Part shown: positions 33,801 through 43,506 of the stretch, piece by piece
Position numbering within the stretch: position 1 is the first letter of the stretch
Layout: every line of letters starts with the position of its first letter
Source: Amoebophrya sp. A120
Lineage: Eukaryota > Protista > Dinoflagellata
DNA length: 64,000 bases
Assembly: GCA_905178155.1 (NCBI GenBank)
Contig: CAJINV010000002.1
Span: 8,637,224 to 8,701,223 of the forward strand
Direction of reading: 5' to 3'
The notes under the pieces: model-generated
The model's database searches: none
The model's input: the letters and a program-made list of their open reading frames with translations, nothing else
What the model was told of the DNA's origin: nothing
Position numbers and translations under genes: made by a program

Positions 33801-36705
33801 GGTTGTCGTTCTCGCGATGGATGAACGTGCCCTGTTTCATCTCAGATTTTTCCTCAGAGGTTGTACCGCCCATGTCGTGGTCATCGTTTTCTTGTTGTTT
33901 GATCATGTGCCTCACTTCTTCCACGCCATTCTCTTGCACAAACTGCAGATACTCAATCTGCGCGAAGCAGGTTTCCACGACGGCCAACACCAAAGCCTGC
34001 ATTTGCAAGTTCAGCCCCTGCAGAAACTGGTCGTGTTCCGGACTGGTCCTCCGGTTCGCATCCCCGTGGGCTTTCGCAATCTCCTGCGGGATTTTCTGCA
34101 CTTTACCTAACAACATCCGCAATCGGTCCAGTATTCCGACCAGCCTCTGAAATTTCGCTTGCTGGTTTATTCCACTGCTACCGGCGTTGCAGCTGGCTTG
34201 CTCTTGAGGTCCAGCTCGGGCAGTATTTCTCGCAGCTTCGGCTCCTGCTGCGCCTTCGCTGCCCTTGCTATCCATTTCGTAGTTGTTCAAAATCGCAGTC
34301 AAAATCAAATCTAGCTCAGAGAACATCTCCCGCACAGCCGCGTACTCGACGTACTTTGAGTCGAGCGAACCAAACGCGTTTAGCTGCCATCTCAGCGACA
34401 TGGCGAGTTGCCGGAGAGCCTGCTCGGGCGCTTGATACTTGAGCTTTTGCAGGGTTTTCATTTGCTGGAGCCGCTGGTCGAGCTGTGAACTGGTCACGTT
34501 GCCGACTTTTGTGCCCGTAATTTTTGTCGGCTCATCTTTACCGAGGTCAGCGCGGAGGCGGGACGTGGTGACTTGTTCGTCTACTATCGTGGCTTTCGTT
34601 TCCGTTTGTTTGGCATAAAAATCCTTCTTTCTCAATGGTTTGGCTTCGTGCGCAGCTCCTCTCTTCGGTGCCGGAACGGCGTTCAACACGCTGCTGCCCG
34701 GCGTGGACTTGGCGACAACTCCAGCCGTCACGCTGCTGAGCGGCAACGACACGTTTTTTGGCGATGTCGGTTGAGTGTCATGCGCCAGAACGTACTGTTG
34801 ATGATCCTTGCTACCTGCACTGGTGCTCACCGCCCGGGTGTTCCGTGCCCCGACAAAGTACTGGACGCCCCCGTTTCCGGTGGTTTGCGACACGGGGCAA
34901 GACAGAATCCTCTCTGGCGGTTTGGTTTGCAAAGGGTCGTGCGACCACGTGCGTGCAGTTTTCTCTATTACGCTTCCACGACCGTCGTTGCAGCCCACGC
35001 TCGATCGTGTCGCGTCACCGATGCCGAGCGACGAAATCTCCCCTACCGGAAACGGCAGCTGCAGGGTGCTTTCCTGTTGTGTCGGCCACGGGTCCGGCAA
35101 CGCTGTAGCGCCTGGCGCGTAGCCTTGCCACTGTTGCTCCTCCGCTTTCCTTTCCCCCACTTGATGCTTTGCTGCGGCTTTCGCCCAGGGGTCCGCCCCG
35201 GCTGCGGTCCAAGGATCTTGTGCAACAGCGGCTGGATCACTTCGCTTGGCCGCATGAGGACGCGAAGGACGAGCAGTGGATTGTCCTCCTTGCGCGCGGG
35301 CCCGTGGGACCTCTTCCTTATATCCAGATGCACTCGAAGATGCCAAGCTTGTTGTCGACCAAGGATCATTACCGCCAGACCAGGGATCTGCTGCAGAGGA
35401 AGTGTCGCCACGACGTGCTTGTCCCATGGAAGAACGGGCATTCGCAGCCGTAGTTGCTGATGCTGGCGCTGGGCTAACAACTGCATTAGTGTAGGAACTA
35501 CCGGTAACCCCGCCTCTCCAATCGGGTCGAGTACCACGGTGTTCGCTGTGCCCGTCTTGCCGTCGCGGCTGCGGCTGCGTCGGCAGTTGCACATTTTGAC
35601 GACTTGCTCTGTCACCAGCAAGTCCAGCATTGTCATGGGCTATCGGTATTGCAGCCGTACCAGACTCAGGCATATACATTCCCAGTGCCGCTGTATTACC
35701 AAGCCACGGCGTTCCTGGATGGAATTCTTGCCCTCCGTGAAGGTATCTTTGATCGTTCTGCTGATTGGTGGGTCTTAGAAGCGGCTGTGCAACTTGTTGA
35801 CCAAGGTGGTCGTGCGCGCCTGTTGTACCCGTGACCGGATCCGGGGAAGCAAACTGCCAGGGCCCTGTCCAAGTGCTGTAAGCCGAAGCTGATGCTGAAC
35901 TGTCGCCGGCGTGCAGCTGCATATTGTACTGCGTACTACTTGGCGCAGCTCCTGCTGTGCCCGCGTGAAAGTGGCTGTGGTAGTGCTGCTCTGGGTGAAC
36001 AAAGGGCACTGCTGCTGCTACTGGCGTGACTGCAACTGCAACGGCAGGTGGTGTGTGATTATGCACAAGCATATCGCGCATGTGGATGGGTTGTAACTGC
36101 TGTTCTTGTGCCACCTGTAGAAAATCTCTTTCTAGCTGTCTCGTGTGTTCTTTTCTCCGCCACCGCTGCTCTCCGCGCGAAAGCGACCCTGCAGGAGCCG
36201 GCGCGGACGACGTCTCTTGCTGCGCACTCTGGCTCTGATCAACATATTGCGCCGCGCCGGGCGTAAACGTAGCTGCCGTCGCGGACAAGGTCACGGTTGA
36301 TGCATTTGTGCTGCTACTAGTGGTTCTGCTGCGGCCTTCTGCTTGTCGTCCTGCCGATGAGGCAGTTAGTGCTTGTGCTGTTCCCGCCGATGATGCAGCA
36401 GAAGAAGACGACAGTTCTTCAGTTTTTCTGTCGCTGTTGTAAGGGAGTAAACTTTGGTCCGAATTGCGCAGCTGGTCTGGTAGTTCTTCAACCATCGCAA
36501 CATCTTCAGTGGCAGAGGTACCGCGAACAGCAGCGCCGCTCGAAGAAGCAGGTTCTTCCACCACGCCGATGCGCATCGACGAATTTCCGCGGGCGGCTGC
36601 AGTCTCTCCGTGGTGCGTGGCAGTCGCGGCTGCCTCGGTCAGCGACAGAAAGATCAGATCCCACGCCCGAGCCATGGCCGATGTCTTCTTCGTCGTGAAA
36701 CGCAT
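27817..36705 (-). CDS. Hypothetical 2962-aa protein: disordered termini, central helical region, DPW motif cluster
   Basis: Uninterrupted 8.9-kb ORF starting with ATG; five DPW motifs at 35086-35388; no family recognised. Confidence 0.85.
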   Translation of the reverse strand: MRFTTKKTSAMARAWDLIFLSLTEAAATATHHGETAAARGNSSMRIGVVEEPASSSGAAVRGTSATEDVAMVEELPDQLRNSDQSLLPYNSDRKTEELSSSSAASSAGTAQALTASSAGRQAEGRSRTTSSSTNASTVTLSATAATFTPGAAQYVDQSQSAQQETSSAPAPAGSLSRGEQRWRRKEHTRQLERDFLQVAQEQQLQPIHMRDMLVHNHTPPAVAVAVTPVAAAVPFVHPEQHYHSHFHAGTAGAAPSSTQYNMQLHAGDSSASASAYSTWTGPWQFASPDPVTGTTGAHDHLGQQVAQPLLRPTNQQNDQRYLHGGQEFHPGTPWLGNTAALGMYMPESGTAAIPIAHDNAGLAGDRASRQNVQLPTQPQPRRQDGHSEHRGTRPDWRGGVTGSSYTNAVVSPAPASATTAANARSSMGQARRGDTSSAADPWSGGNDPWSTTSLASSSASGYKEEVPRARAQGGQSTARPSRPHAAKRSDPAAVAQDPWTAAGADPWAKAAAKHQVGERKAEEQQWQGYAPGATALPDPWPTQQESTLQLPFPVGEISSLGIGDATRSSVGCNDGRGSVIEKTARTWSHDPLQTKPPERILSCPVSQTTGNGGVQYFVGARNTRAVSTSAGSKDHQQYVLAHDTQPTSPKNVSLPLSSVTAGVVAKSTPGSSVLNAVPAPKRGAAHEAKPLRKKDFYAKQTETKATIVDEQVTTSRLRADLGKDEPTKITGTKVGNVTSSQLDQRLQQMKTLQKLKYQAPEQALRQLAMSLRWQLNAFGSLDSKYVEYAAVREMFSELDLILTAILNNYEMDSKGSEGAAGAEAARNTARAGPQEQASCNAGSSGINQQAKFQRLVGILDRLRMLLGKVQKIPQEIAKAHGDANRRTSPEHDQFLQGLNLQMQALVLAVVETCFAQIEYLQFVQENGVEEVRHMIKQQENDDHDMGGTTSEEKSEMKQGTFIHRENDNQHGSTDDFCLAAADESYEIGWADIARIASAVHVLRPDDKRQWLRVLDLLSRHIAMLEAAEYVSVLGARPKDEARRGAGTGAADTAPSPAAVGKAAFLSSSPACTSTTASAAASPDLKPGSAPHNAKQESCAESLSVSSAARNIKFLGDHSHVVHQERPPRIPLPKRMEEMIAREVKRAAQSSHKHRRQQLLYQPAKFTNFNTILTALAEGVLGNERLLAEFSIHEKVQLEAILHRFVLLQATRTTSSLKWNHLIREWVKLDEMVTVFQHLTRLSLFTTNQIPYGPEDGSAPSRKGATSEQATKTSFINTPSILLLFNQRLFPIIMKKIEDQVKLDQIYDQSLDEAQAVAKLSPTPLSSMQEAGTGASRDQVVAATLQQGTADSSGSSTTRVTSSQHTDCSSPASTSSCTTASRDPLLASKPKKSTLYQHLPKDTKTVKKLLQTLVTFLSETRRSLVSRIMQFENDILTSKQAGMDQGARLLQHELDKLTGYEESLNRLTHHSFAYATNVLHLKLKRFKNRRAELAKESSEQAPLLDHADTIWQDTTVPIVEILTHAVLLDEESASLRISAAPGTEERDQALQKLEAKTNERFGWLLTTKQPFHYQEGAKENLELKSLYESIQVQGLVLKDSDDGGRPSTTATPSGANAGFPLKDFLFELIRSLLEPFVAPSSRSSKATTTAAAADGRQAAQDPTLLHLQRHGATALLSMGHQDKSAQNLNALKNVSEEEQELADHLSRNLPLHDRYDRQISIESTRSGASNMTFTTIAAGSVVGSGTSGDAGAAGRTSTANVDFFDVGSFIPDDYDPKTGAPLSFAFANADPEQSPHFQKMLDQRQISLEFLTPLLYMLSKTVRSVVILQPQQKIPSSSPAEGARANTDPIASQAQLITKQDRSVLRKFLHLVVTAVLVQADTDVDVAHRDQQSRPVQPRLPKRKIVSLLAALVELENLVPEVTPYPLLLQKKLTKLVYNSVQVDEYWSEQDRNMWCQMVLVPAIMDSCNSGRTTCPGECLAREKEQRNCARREARVALKAEERRGSKGQNSEDVALEAASSEQNVQHQLPNKTVCEPRAGLKSFCQAACLRGVFPNNNPFRLQYRDMQSARDEASLHQKAQHQVATGKTTAAAVVEQQAGPSVQQQNQMAELNHGQSYHGGDHGQEFVDTSSQSQTLMQAYNPQVGFGRTVVSAQMLRAFKKQDRDERNRRMRLAQGVVQRTPGGQLQSTYPKNEGPAPAGASPTSTVNNTERIAQAARDLLNADYEKEPRLTFLPLKQLPDKTKEQGWEKALQDYSPDDDAAGGKWVDGLIDAVEASREKEQRGRNKKSSTKLLQPADHGRSYRHAHSGGNHVDDPSSPSAKTASPARNSTSRSSPGVVGVQQPPGGGIKSNPWSFASTTSTQEPAATTYSSYASKDSTAGVLLGDFSIGSESRVPTGSPVDRQRQHVSIPSSSGAAGPRGLVRQKIPHSQSFGSIEQGNSSSQGFVSVGEQEEDAFSCRSPAPECWQSVVSSASSSTAINAKEVLTGARGSSSAPSERAQNFNMTGREPEQLGEPRPPSPACSSNACYEHVAEQFEDDYLAGWEAHAHLLAKQAAEQEARREREEEAVVAERMAAGSKDQRSRRASGSAPDMMLSDDQQSRKGAKDRHLHSRRGTRGARKLQGFDRQRSDESAAAGQEEPHGNTHVAPAWKAYGAVRPAPKAKAMKSREQQAWHDTENNKASTREKDNVPRSGSSSSGMKTRTDSPIFRNADEFNARLMKYKRTPVLAHQEATVVKKSEDSAPAVFTAGHDPASDERMLDRESFPAVEENSSARRFPIGQEPWNRNQRSSEAEEQERSGTTQEHPQKMKMKPSSLQFGRGELQRPAPPRLDEKNFGTPVAGGASSSSTSRRKRRLQLEDSAVSNDLTPATHSRFETPKSTASSSGGGAAATASGTTAGAATTTPFYLRSSSFGTPSSAAGATPSSTKREFRMESWADIQEGDDPDDDLWPGTMEAPSMPAP

Positions 36706-38145
36706 GATCGCGGAACAGGTTCGTTCTCGCCGTCAGCTTTGCAGTTGCTTTTGCAGAAGAAACCAAAATGAGACTTGTTCGCAGGCAGCTGTACTATTGT
36801 CGTTGTCCTCCTAAACGTCTCTAAAATTACTATATCCACCGGTTTGTACACTATAGCACACTTCTGCGTCTGCACCTATGGATGCGAAGTGAAGGAAAGT
36901 CAAGCGCAAGAAAAATATTTCGCAAAAGCTGTTCCTTGAACAAATTAATTGCTGGGAATCAACAGAGTGAGACGAACCACTTCATAGCCAGTGATACAGT
37001 TTGTTATTGTTTTTTATTATACCTCCTTCCACCAAAAAGTTCTTATTTCAGTGCATCAAAATGTGTCAAAAAAAGACGATCGGAGAAAAACTAAAGCGGA
37101 TCATTCCAATCATGGAAAAGCAAAACACTGCCTCGACACTAGCTCCTATTCCCGCATAATTCGCACAAAGAAAAGGGATGACGAGTGAACCTGGATGACA
37201 TACAAACGAGTAATTCCAGCAACCACTGTGTCAATTGGAAACTGATGACTGTGACTGGCTTCTGCAGGCCGCACATTAACTTTAACTCAAACTCTAACGC
37301 TGCACGACGTAATTGAAACCGGCGCTGCGCGATCCTGTTCATTGAGTACCTCGAAGTGAATGCAATCGTACGGAGGCTGCCGCTAATATTTTTATTTTCG
37401 CCTTAGAGAAGCAAACTTCGAATGGTGTAAAGAACCGTCATAAAGCTAGTACTTATGCTTAAAGTTAAAATTGTAAATTCTTCATCGGATGATCACTTTG
37501 CCTTTCACAAATTAATAAACGCATGAGTTGAGCTTCCTTTCGTGGCCCGACGCAGTTCCTGGCAGACTTCTCCACCTAGCCTTTTGGACCGTGCATTCGA
37601 TGAAGAAGATTTAGATCTGTGCTCGCGGCGACCTTCATATTTTACGTGCTCTGCTAGGGTGGGAAAGGAGCATGCGCAGAGATTAATACACTCTCACAAA
37701 CACACAACGTGCTGTAGCGAGAGCGCGGGCGCGCTTTGCTCGCTGATGACTTGCGATTACTTTCGCACGCCTGGCTATGCTGAAATTATATGATTCAGCC
37801 TTTTTTCTCTTCGTTCTTCTTTCAGCTCAGTCGTGCGGTTTCTTCTTTCACTTGGAATCAGTGGCGAAGACCATCGGGCATCTTCTACAGCGGATGCTGC
37901 TTCGTATGCCCGAAGGACTTCCTTTTCTTTTCAGATTTATCCAACCGTGGTCGGAGCAGTAGATTTATGCGAGTACTAAAAAGTCTTCGCGAGGGCAATC
38001 GATTTACATTTCTTGTTGTCGCTCCTCCCGGTTTCCACTCGCCAAATAAAGCGACAAAGACGAGTTGGCTAAAAAGCCAAGAAACTCCAGGTCCGTCAAG
38101 AACGAGTTGGCAGGATCAGAGACAATGTCAGGTCGTCTCAACTTA

Positions 38146-38211
38146 ATGAATCGATCGGCCTGATTGAATAGGAGCCAGCTTGATGAATCGATTGAATAGG
38201 AGCCAGCTTGA
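38146..38211. repeat. Short tandem duplication
   Basis: gattgaataggagccagcttga occurs at 38162-38183 and 38190-38211, each preceded by atgaatcgat-like sequence. Confidence 0.7.
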
Positions 38212-39116
38212 GCTTGTAAACGTCGGATCATCGAAACAAGCAAACGAAGCGGCCTGTTCCCGGTTTTCCTGGGTATTCGGAGACGAGGGGCGGACTGACT
38301 CCGAAATGGCGGTCGAAGGGGTACGAACATCATCTTTGTCTGGAATAATTTGTGTATGCAACAAAACATGCCCCGAATATTTTGAAATTTGTCTAGTAGT
38401 ATTTGAGCGAAGAGCCCCTAGGGAGGGTCCAAGAATGAATAGTCTGCATAGAAAGGTAGCATGGGAAAAGAGGTGCGCTTTGACCCGTCACAGAATTTCT
38501 TTGGCTTTGAGAATTTCGCAGTACAGAGCTCAAGACCAAAGCCAGCAAGCGTTTCAGTTATATTGCAATTTGGCATATGCCATTCGTGACAGGGGGCATG
38601 ATTGTGTGCTTCCATAGGGCGGAGACGAATAGAAATCACACGGCGCAGTTGGTCGGCTTTTCCACTGTTCCTCCTTCGGAGGTTCCCTGCCACTGAGCGA
38701 TGGAAGTCTGGCCGCTAAGCGAATTCGATCAAAAAGTAGACGCAAAGCTTCCGATCGTGCGTCGGGTGATCGCTCAGACACATATCGGGTTGAGTACGGG
38801 AGTTGGCATTGTAGCTGGCGTGGGATTTTGTTCAGCTCTTGCCGGAGCCGGTGTTCTTTCCATTGCGAGAACTGTTCCTGGTCTGTTAGGCGTCAGCCTG
38901 TGAAACAAAAAATTACTTGTACTACTACTGCCATCATATATGCATTCAGGAGCCATAAAAAAACTAGCCTCATGCGCGCAGTTGTGGGGAATCTTGTTTC
39001 TTTCTTTATCTTTACACACAACTACCACATCGACGTATTATTTTCAATTACAATTTATTCCGCTCATTCATGCATAAAAAAGTCCCAGACTGATGGCAAT
39101 GGTGCAAAGTTTTATT

Positions 39117-41915
39117 TCAGTGGGTATCCCTAATCAATGCTTCCCTGTCCTTCAGCTCTTTATACCCCGTGACGTGCTCAATCCTCGCAAAACATGCACG
39201 CACACCATGACCATGAGGAGATGATATGACGAGGCTCGTCTCGCCTGCAGTGAAATCGATCGGTACGAGAGTGTAGTGGTACTTCGTTCGACGTGGAAGA
39301 ATACAAGAAATGAATCCATGCATAGAACCTCTTCCTAATCTTATGCATGAGCGTCAACATGGTCGTGTTTTATTTGCATATTGATATTTTCACTTCATAT
39401 CGCTGCCACCAGAGTAAACATTCAGGAAATCGGATTCGTTTCCGATACACCAGCAGTTTTCGAAGACCACATTCTCGCCCAGTCTCCCGACGAAAGGAAT
39501 AATCAGAAAACCTGAGTTTCGAATGGTTGCGCCACCTGCCAGTGCAATCCTAATGATCGGCGTATGTTGAATCAAATCAAGTGAGTAAGTCTAAATACGC
39601 GCGACGTCGCAAAGACTTCATGTTCATTCTTCATATGCGCAAATAGAAGCGAGGATCAGTTTGCATCTTCGACCAGCAATTCGGCCGTTGCTAAAAGGAT
39701 AGCACGCAGCTGCTTCCATGTTCCTGCCGGTATCCGTCGTGCGTCGATTCACGCTTAAAAACCTGAGGACAAGACGAGGAGATGCAATATGGATATGCTG
39801 CCCCACCAAAGTAAGAAAGAAGCTTATAAATATAGTTATATAAATATAAAACTATAATGTACCTCCGGGGCTCAGGAGTGCCTTCTGGGCCCGGGTTCCG
39901 AAGTTGTTCACTTCTCCAGCGAGAATCGGGATGTCGCCGCTCTGGTCGTCCCATCGGAAAACGCGCCGGCAGCGTAGGATGTGGCGCTGCGTCTGGATAA
40001 ATTCCATCCAGACCTTATCTTTGTTCGCCGGCGACGCACGGTTCATCCAGACTTCTGGGTCTATCAGATAGACTCCAAAAGAAGACTTCTTTTTGAAATC
40101 AAATACGTAGTTTCTTCCTTCCCTCGGCTCATTCTCGAGGGAGCTGCTGTCGGCTGCGTAGAGAAGCAAGCATGTAGGTCCCGTGAAAACACAGAGGAGC
40201 CGGCGCGGCAGATACACTGCCGCGGCACGGCACTTCTGCCGAGCCGGCGCACTTGTGCAACAATTTACGACCACGGAAGACTGATACAGATCGCACAAAA
40301 AATCAGTAACTAGAAACATGGACCCGTCGGCTTTGTCGATCTCGTTGCCGGCGCCATTTATTTTGATTGCCGTTTCTGTTTTGTTTTGCAATCAAATCAT
40401 AAAATAAGGGAAGGATTAGCTTCTTGTTGGATCAATTTTTCTACTAGCTGTAGCATCTCACAACATTGCAATAACTAGGCTACCCGAACCTGCACCACCT
40501 GGGAAGAACAACAACGAAAAGTTGTCGCTCTGCAGTTCGACCGCGGGGGCACGCCTAGATCTAGAAGTCTGGCTCACGTTCTACGTAATTCATCCGAAAG
40601 AATATGAAAATCATTGCAGGAACTTAACTGGCAAGCTCTCTCCAAAAATAAACACGCAGAGTGAGGAGGACTTACGATCGTTCGCCGGCTTGACCGTTTG
40701 GTACTTCTCCTCCGCTTCCTCCAGTAACTCATCTTGTACACTGCGACCGGGACCGGGATTGAAAGTCAGAAACTGCTTCACGCCAGGGGCCAACACTACA
40801 CAGCTGGGCCGCAGCGGCGATTTGTATGCTCCGACCTGCCATGCGTGATTCGTCATCTCCATCACCGTCGCTTCCTCATCATTGACGCGGCATAAATATA
40901 CACCCCTGTAGCCTATTTGCCCACTTGCGAAAACGGAGCAAGATACTCATCTGGACACGAGTTAGTTTACTTAAACTTAAGCGCAAATCCAAGGCACTCT
41001 AAAGGTAAACGTAAAGTAGACTGTTTGAGTGTATAAATATTTCAAATCTAACAAGCCCATATCTAAACCATAAAACGAGGAATGGACTTGCTCAGCCGTC
41101 GTTCTTCTAAGTAAACCTGTGTCAAAATTTTCTGAGGCCCTGCACACGACCACGGCGACAGTACGTATTTCTCTAGCTATTCAATCTTCAGCCGTCCCGT
41201 GTTGAGTTCTACTTCTATACTCTAATCCATCCATACTGTAATCCATCTAAGGAGAATATGCGGCGACTGCTCCCTCTTGACCTTGTTCACGTTGGCACCC
41301 GAGCTGACGCCGAGAGCATCATTCAGGCTCTGCTGGAGGTTCAAGTCGAATCGCAGCCCAGCCGAGTGTGCCCACCCTGAAGCCAGCCACTCCCTGGATG
41401 CAGAGAGGCGTTTTCTTCGTAATAAATAGCAGTCACGAGATAGTACTGAAGTCCGGAAGAGGCCTGTTGTCAGATCAAAATAGTGCAGTGAAACAAGTGT
41501 GTTGACTGTGCTGTTCCCATCCATGTATGTTATTTCGCAGACGAGGCGAACAATACATCACTACAAAATTATGAGTGCGAAAGAAAAGATTCAGGATCAG
41601 GTAGCTAAAAACACACACACAATCATGGCTAGAAATAAGAAACCGAGGCGCTTACCCGCCCGGCGGAATCAATGGGCCATTTCTGATCATCATCATCATC
41701 ATCATCATCATCTTCTTCAACATCTCCCTTCCAATGACTTGCAGCTGCTGCAACTGCAAGCGCAAGGCATTGGAAAAATCTTTTAATATATAAGAACTGC
41801 AATCTCCACAGAGAAGATCACACTGAGTTTGGAGAAACATCGGTGCTCGAGAGACAAATCAGAAAACTTTGAGCATGGCTCTTGATCTTGTTCTTTTCTA
41901 TTGGTTTCCATCTGC
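39117..41915 (-). CDS. Probable multi-exon hypothetical gene; exon structure only partly resolved
   Basis: Protein-like minus-strand segments separated by AT-rich spacers. Donors GTAAGC (~41655), GTAAGT (40675) and GTACAT (39862); CGCAG acceptor at 40154 is in phase with the 40675 donor. Segments include DVEEDDDDDDDDQKWP, GVYLCRVNDEEATV, YVFDFKKKSSFGVYLIDPEVW, IIRIALAGGATIRNSGFLIIPF and YHYTLVPIDF. Confidence 0.45.
41686..41712. repeat. (ATC)n microsatellite, probably coding poly-Asp on the minus strand
   Basis: atcatcatc run; reads EEDDDDDDDDQ just upstream of a GTAAGC donor. Confidence 0.7.
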
Positions 41916-42549
41916 ATCTGTTACTCTTGCTCGTCTAAATACAAGTGCATCCGATTCTCTGATCTTTTGACTTCTTTTGGTCCGTTGCGCAACCGCAACC
42001 GCATAGATAATTAGAACAGAATAGAATACAATCAACATTCCTACCTCTTCACAAAAAAGGCAACGACAGCATATGAACGAAAGGGGAGGCCGTTCGATAA
42101 TCATCTGCGTCGGAGGTGAAGCCAAAGCACTCAAACCATCTTGTCGAATGCAAGGCGGAAGCTTCATATGATTACAGGGAGTGCTGTAACGCAGAGATTT
42201 CTTACTGTCAGTTTTGTGCTTCAAGTTCAGCGCGAAAGCTCAATCGTTCCATGATATCCATCAACGTGGTTTTTTTCGTCTTTGCTCACGCATCATGTAT
42301 GGCAATTCTCTTTTTCTTTTGTCTGCCTAGAGCTCAAAGTATACTGTTTTTTTATGTTGGGAATAGTTGACGCGACGAATTCAATTGTCGCAAGAGACAT
42401 GCGATCGATGAAAAGTAGAAGTAAGAGATCGCTGAAAATTTTTTGATTTTTTTTTTACATTATTTGTCTACTAAGCATGAAAAAGTTTTCTAGAGTACTT
42501 TTGCTAGCCATTGACATTTGATTGAGGGAGCGCAAGCGCGTCTGCATCC

Positions 42550-43210
42550 TCAGCTCTTCAATCTTCCGCCGGAGTTCAACTCCAACCCCTCCGCCGCGAT
42601 CTGCTCCACCTCATACGCCAACGCTCTGCCCCTGACAACGTCGCCACTCGCACCGGAAAAAATGGTAAGTCGACTTCTCGGCATCAATTTAGCATCACCG
42701 GCACCACCAGTACTGTGGTTTGCTTGCGAATGGTGCGACTGCGAACTCGTCGGGGTGATCCAGCGGGCTTCCAACAGGAGCCTCGTCCCACAAGCCGGCT
42801 CACCACTCGGATGCGGGATGACAAAGATCTCTGTATTTGTAGATTATATGCGGTTGTATTCACCGGAACGACGTAGCAATTTTTGTTTTTTACGTAGGTA
42901 TGCTCAGCGGGAGCAGTGGACTCGCGTGTGATGTTAACGCAGCGCCGAGGAACAAGTATGTAGTTTCCCTCAGCACATAGACGAAATATCAATGAACATG
43001 ATTATGAGTGCCTGTCCATGCATACGTAAAGAAAAAGCAGAAAAACCTAGATATTAGTAAATACCGCCGGGCGCCATCTCCTTCTTCATTTCCCCTCGAA
43101 CGAAGACTGGCAGTCGGACTTGCTCGGACTGAGATAACGGCAACGCGATGGCCCGCCGGCACTCCATTTTCATCTTCATGTGCCAGAGAGGGTGTGTCTT
43201 CATCTGGACA
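42550..43210 (-). CDS. Possible small spliced hypothetical gene
   Basis: Two GC-richer protein-like segments (MECRRAIALPLSQSEQVRLPVFVRGEMKKE and LMPRSRLTIFSGASGDVVRGRALAYEVEQIAAEGLEL) separated by an AT-rich spacer; junction not resolved. Confidence 0.25.
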
Positions 43211-43506
43211 GCGCTGGGAGACGAGACGGCACCGCCCCAGGACCGCCTTCCGTTCAAGAGCGTCAGGTCCGCGCACTGCTGCGGGTCGAACAGGTAGCTC
43301 GTGCCTGTTTTTTTCGAAAATTTGTCAAGATGAAGCTGCGTGTGTCTATCTACACTCATTGCCCATTATCGTTCTTCTTCTTTTGCTTTGGTAACAGGAC
43401 CATGCTGCAACTTCAGTGAAGCTTTATGTCGGGTTGCGATGGATTTACGATAAAGCCGTAGTGGTACCGGCCTCTCAATCAAATTTTATTCCCCTAGATG
43501 GACAAA

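Noticed and set aside
38146-38211. CRISPR-like repeat-spacer appearance
   Set aside because: Only two copies with a 6-nt gap, in a eukaryotic genome with no cas genes; a simple local duplication.
37500-39030. Several short ORFs on both strands
   Set aside because: Could be a decayed or spliced gene, but no consistent frame or exon chain could be built.
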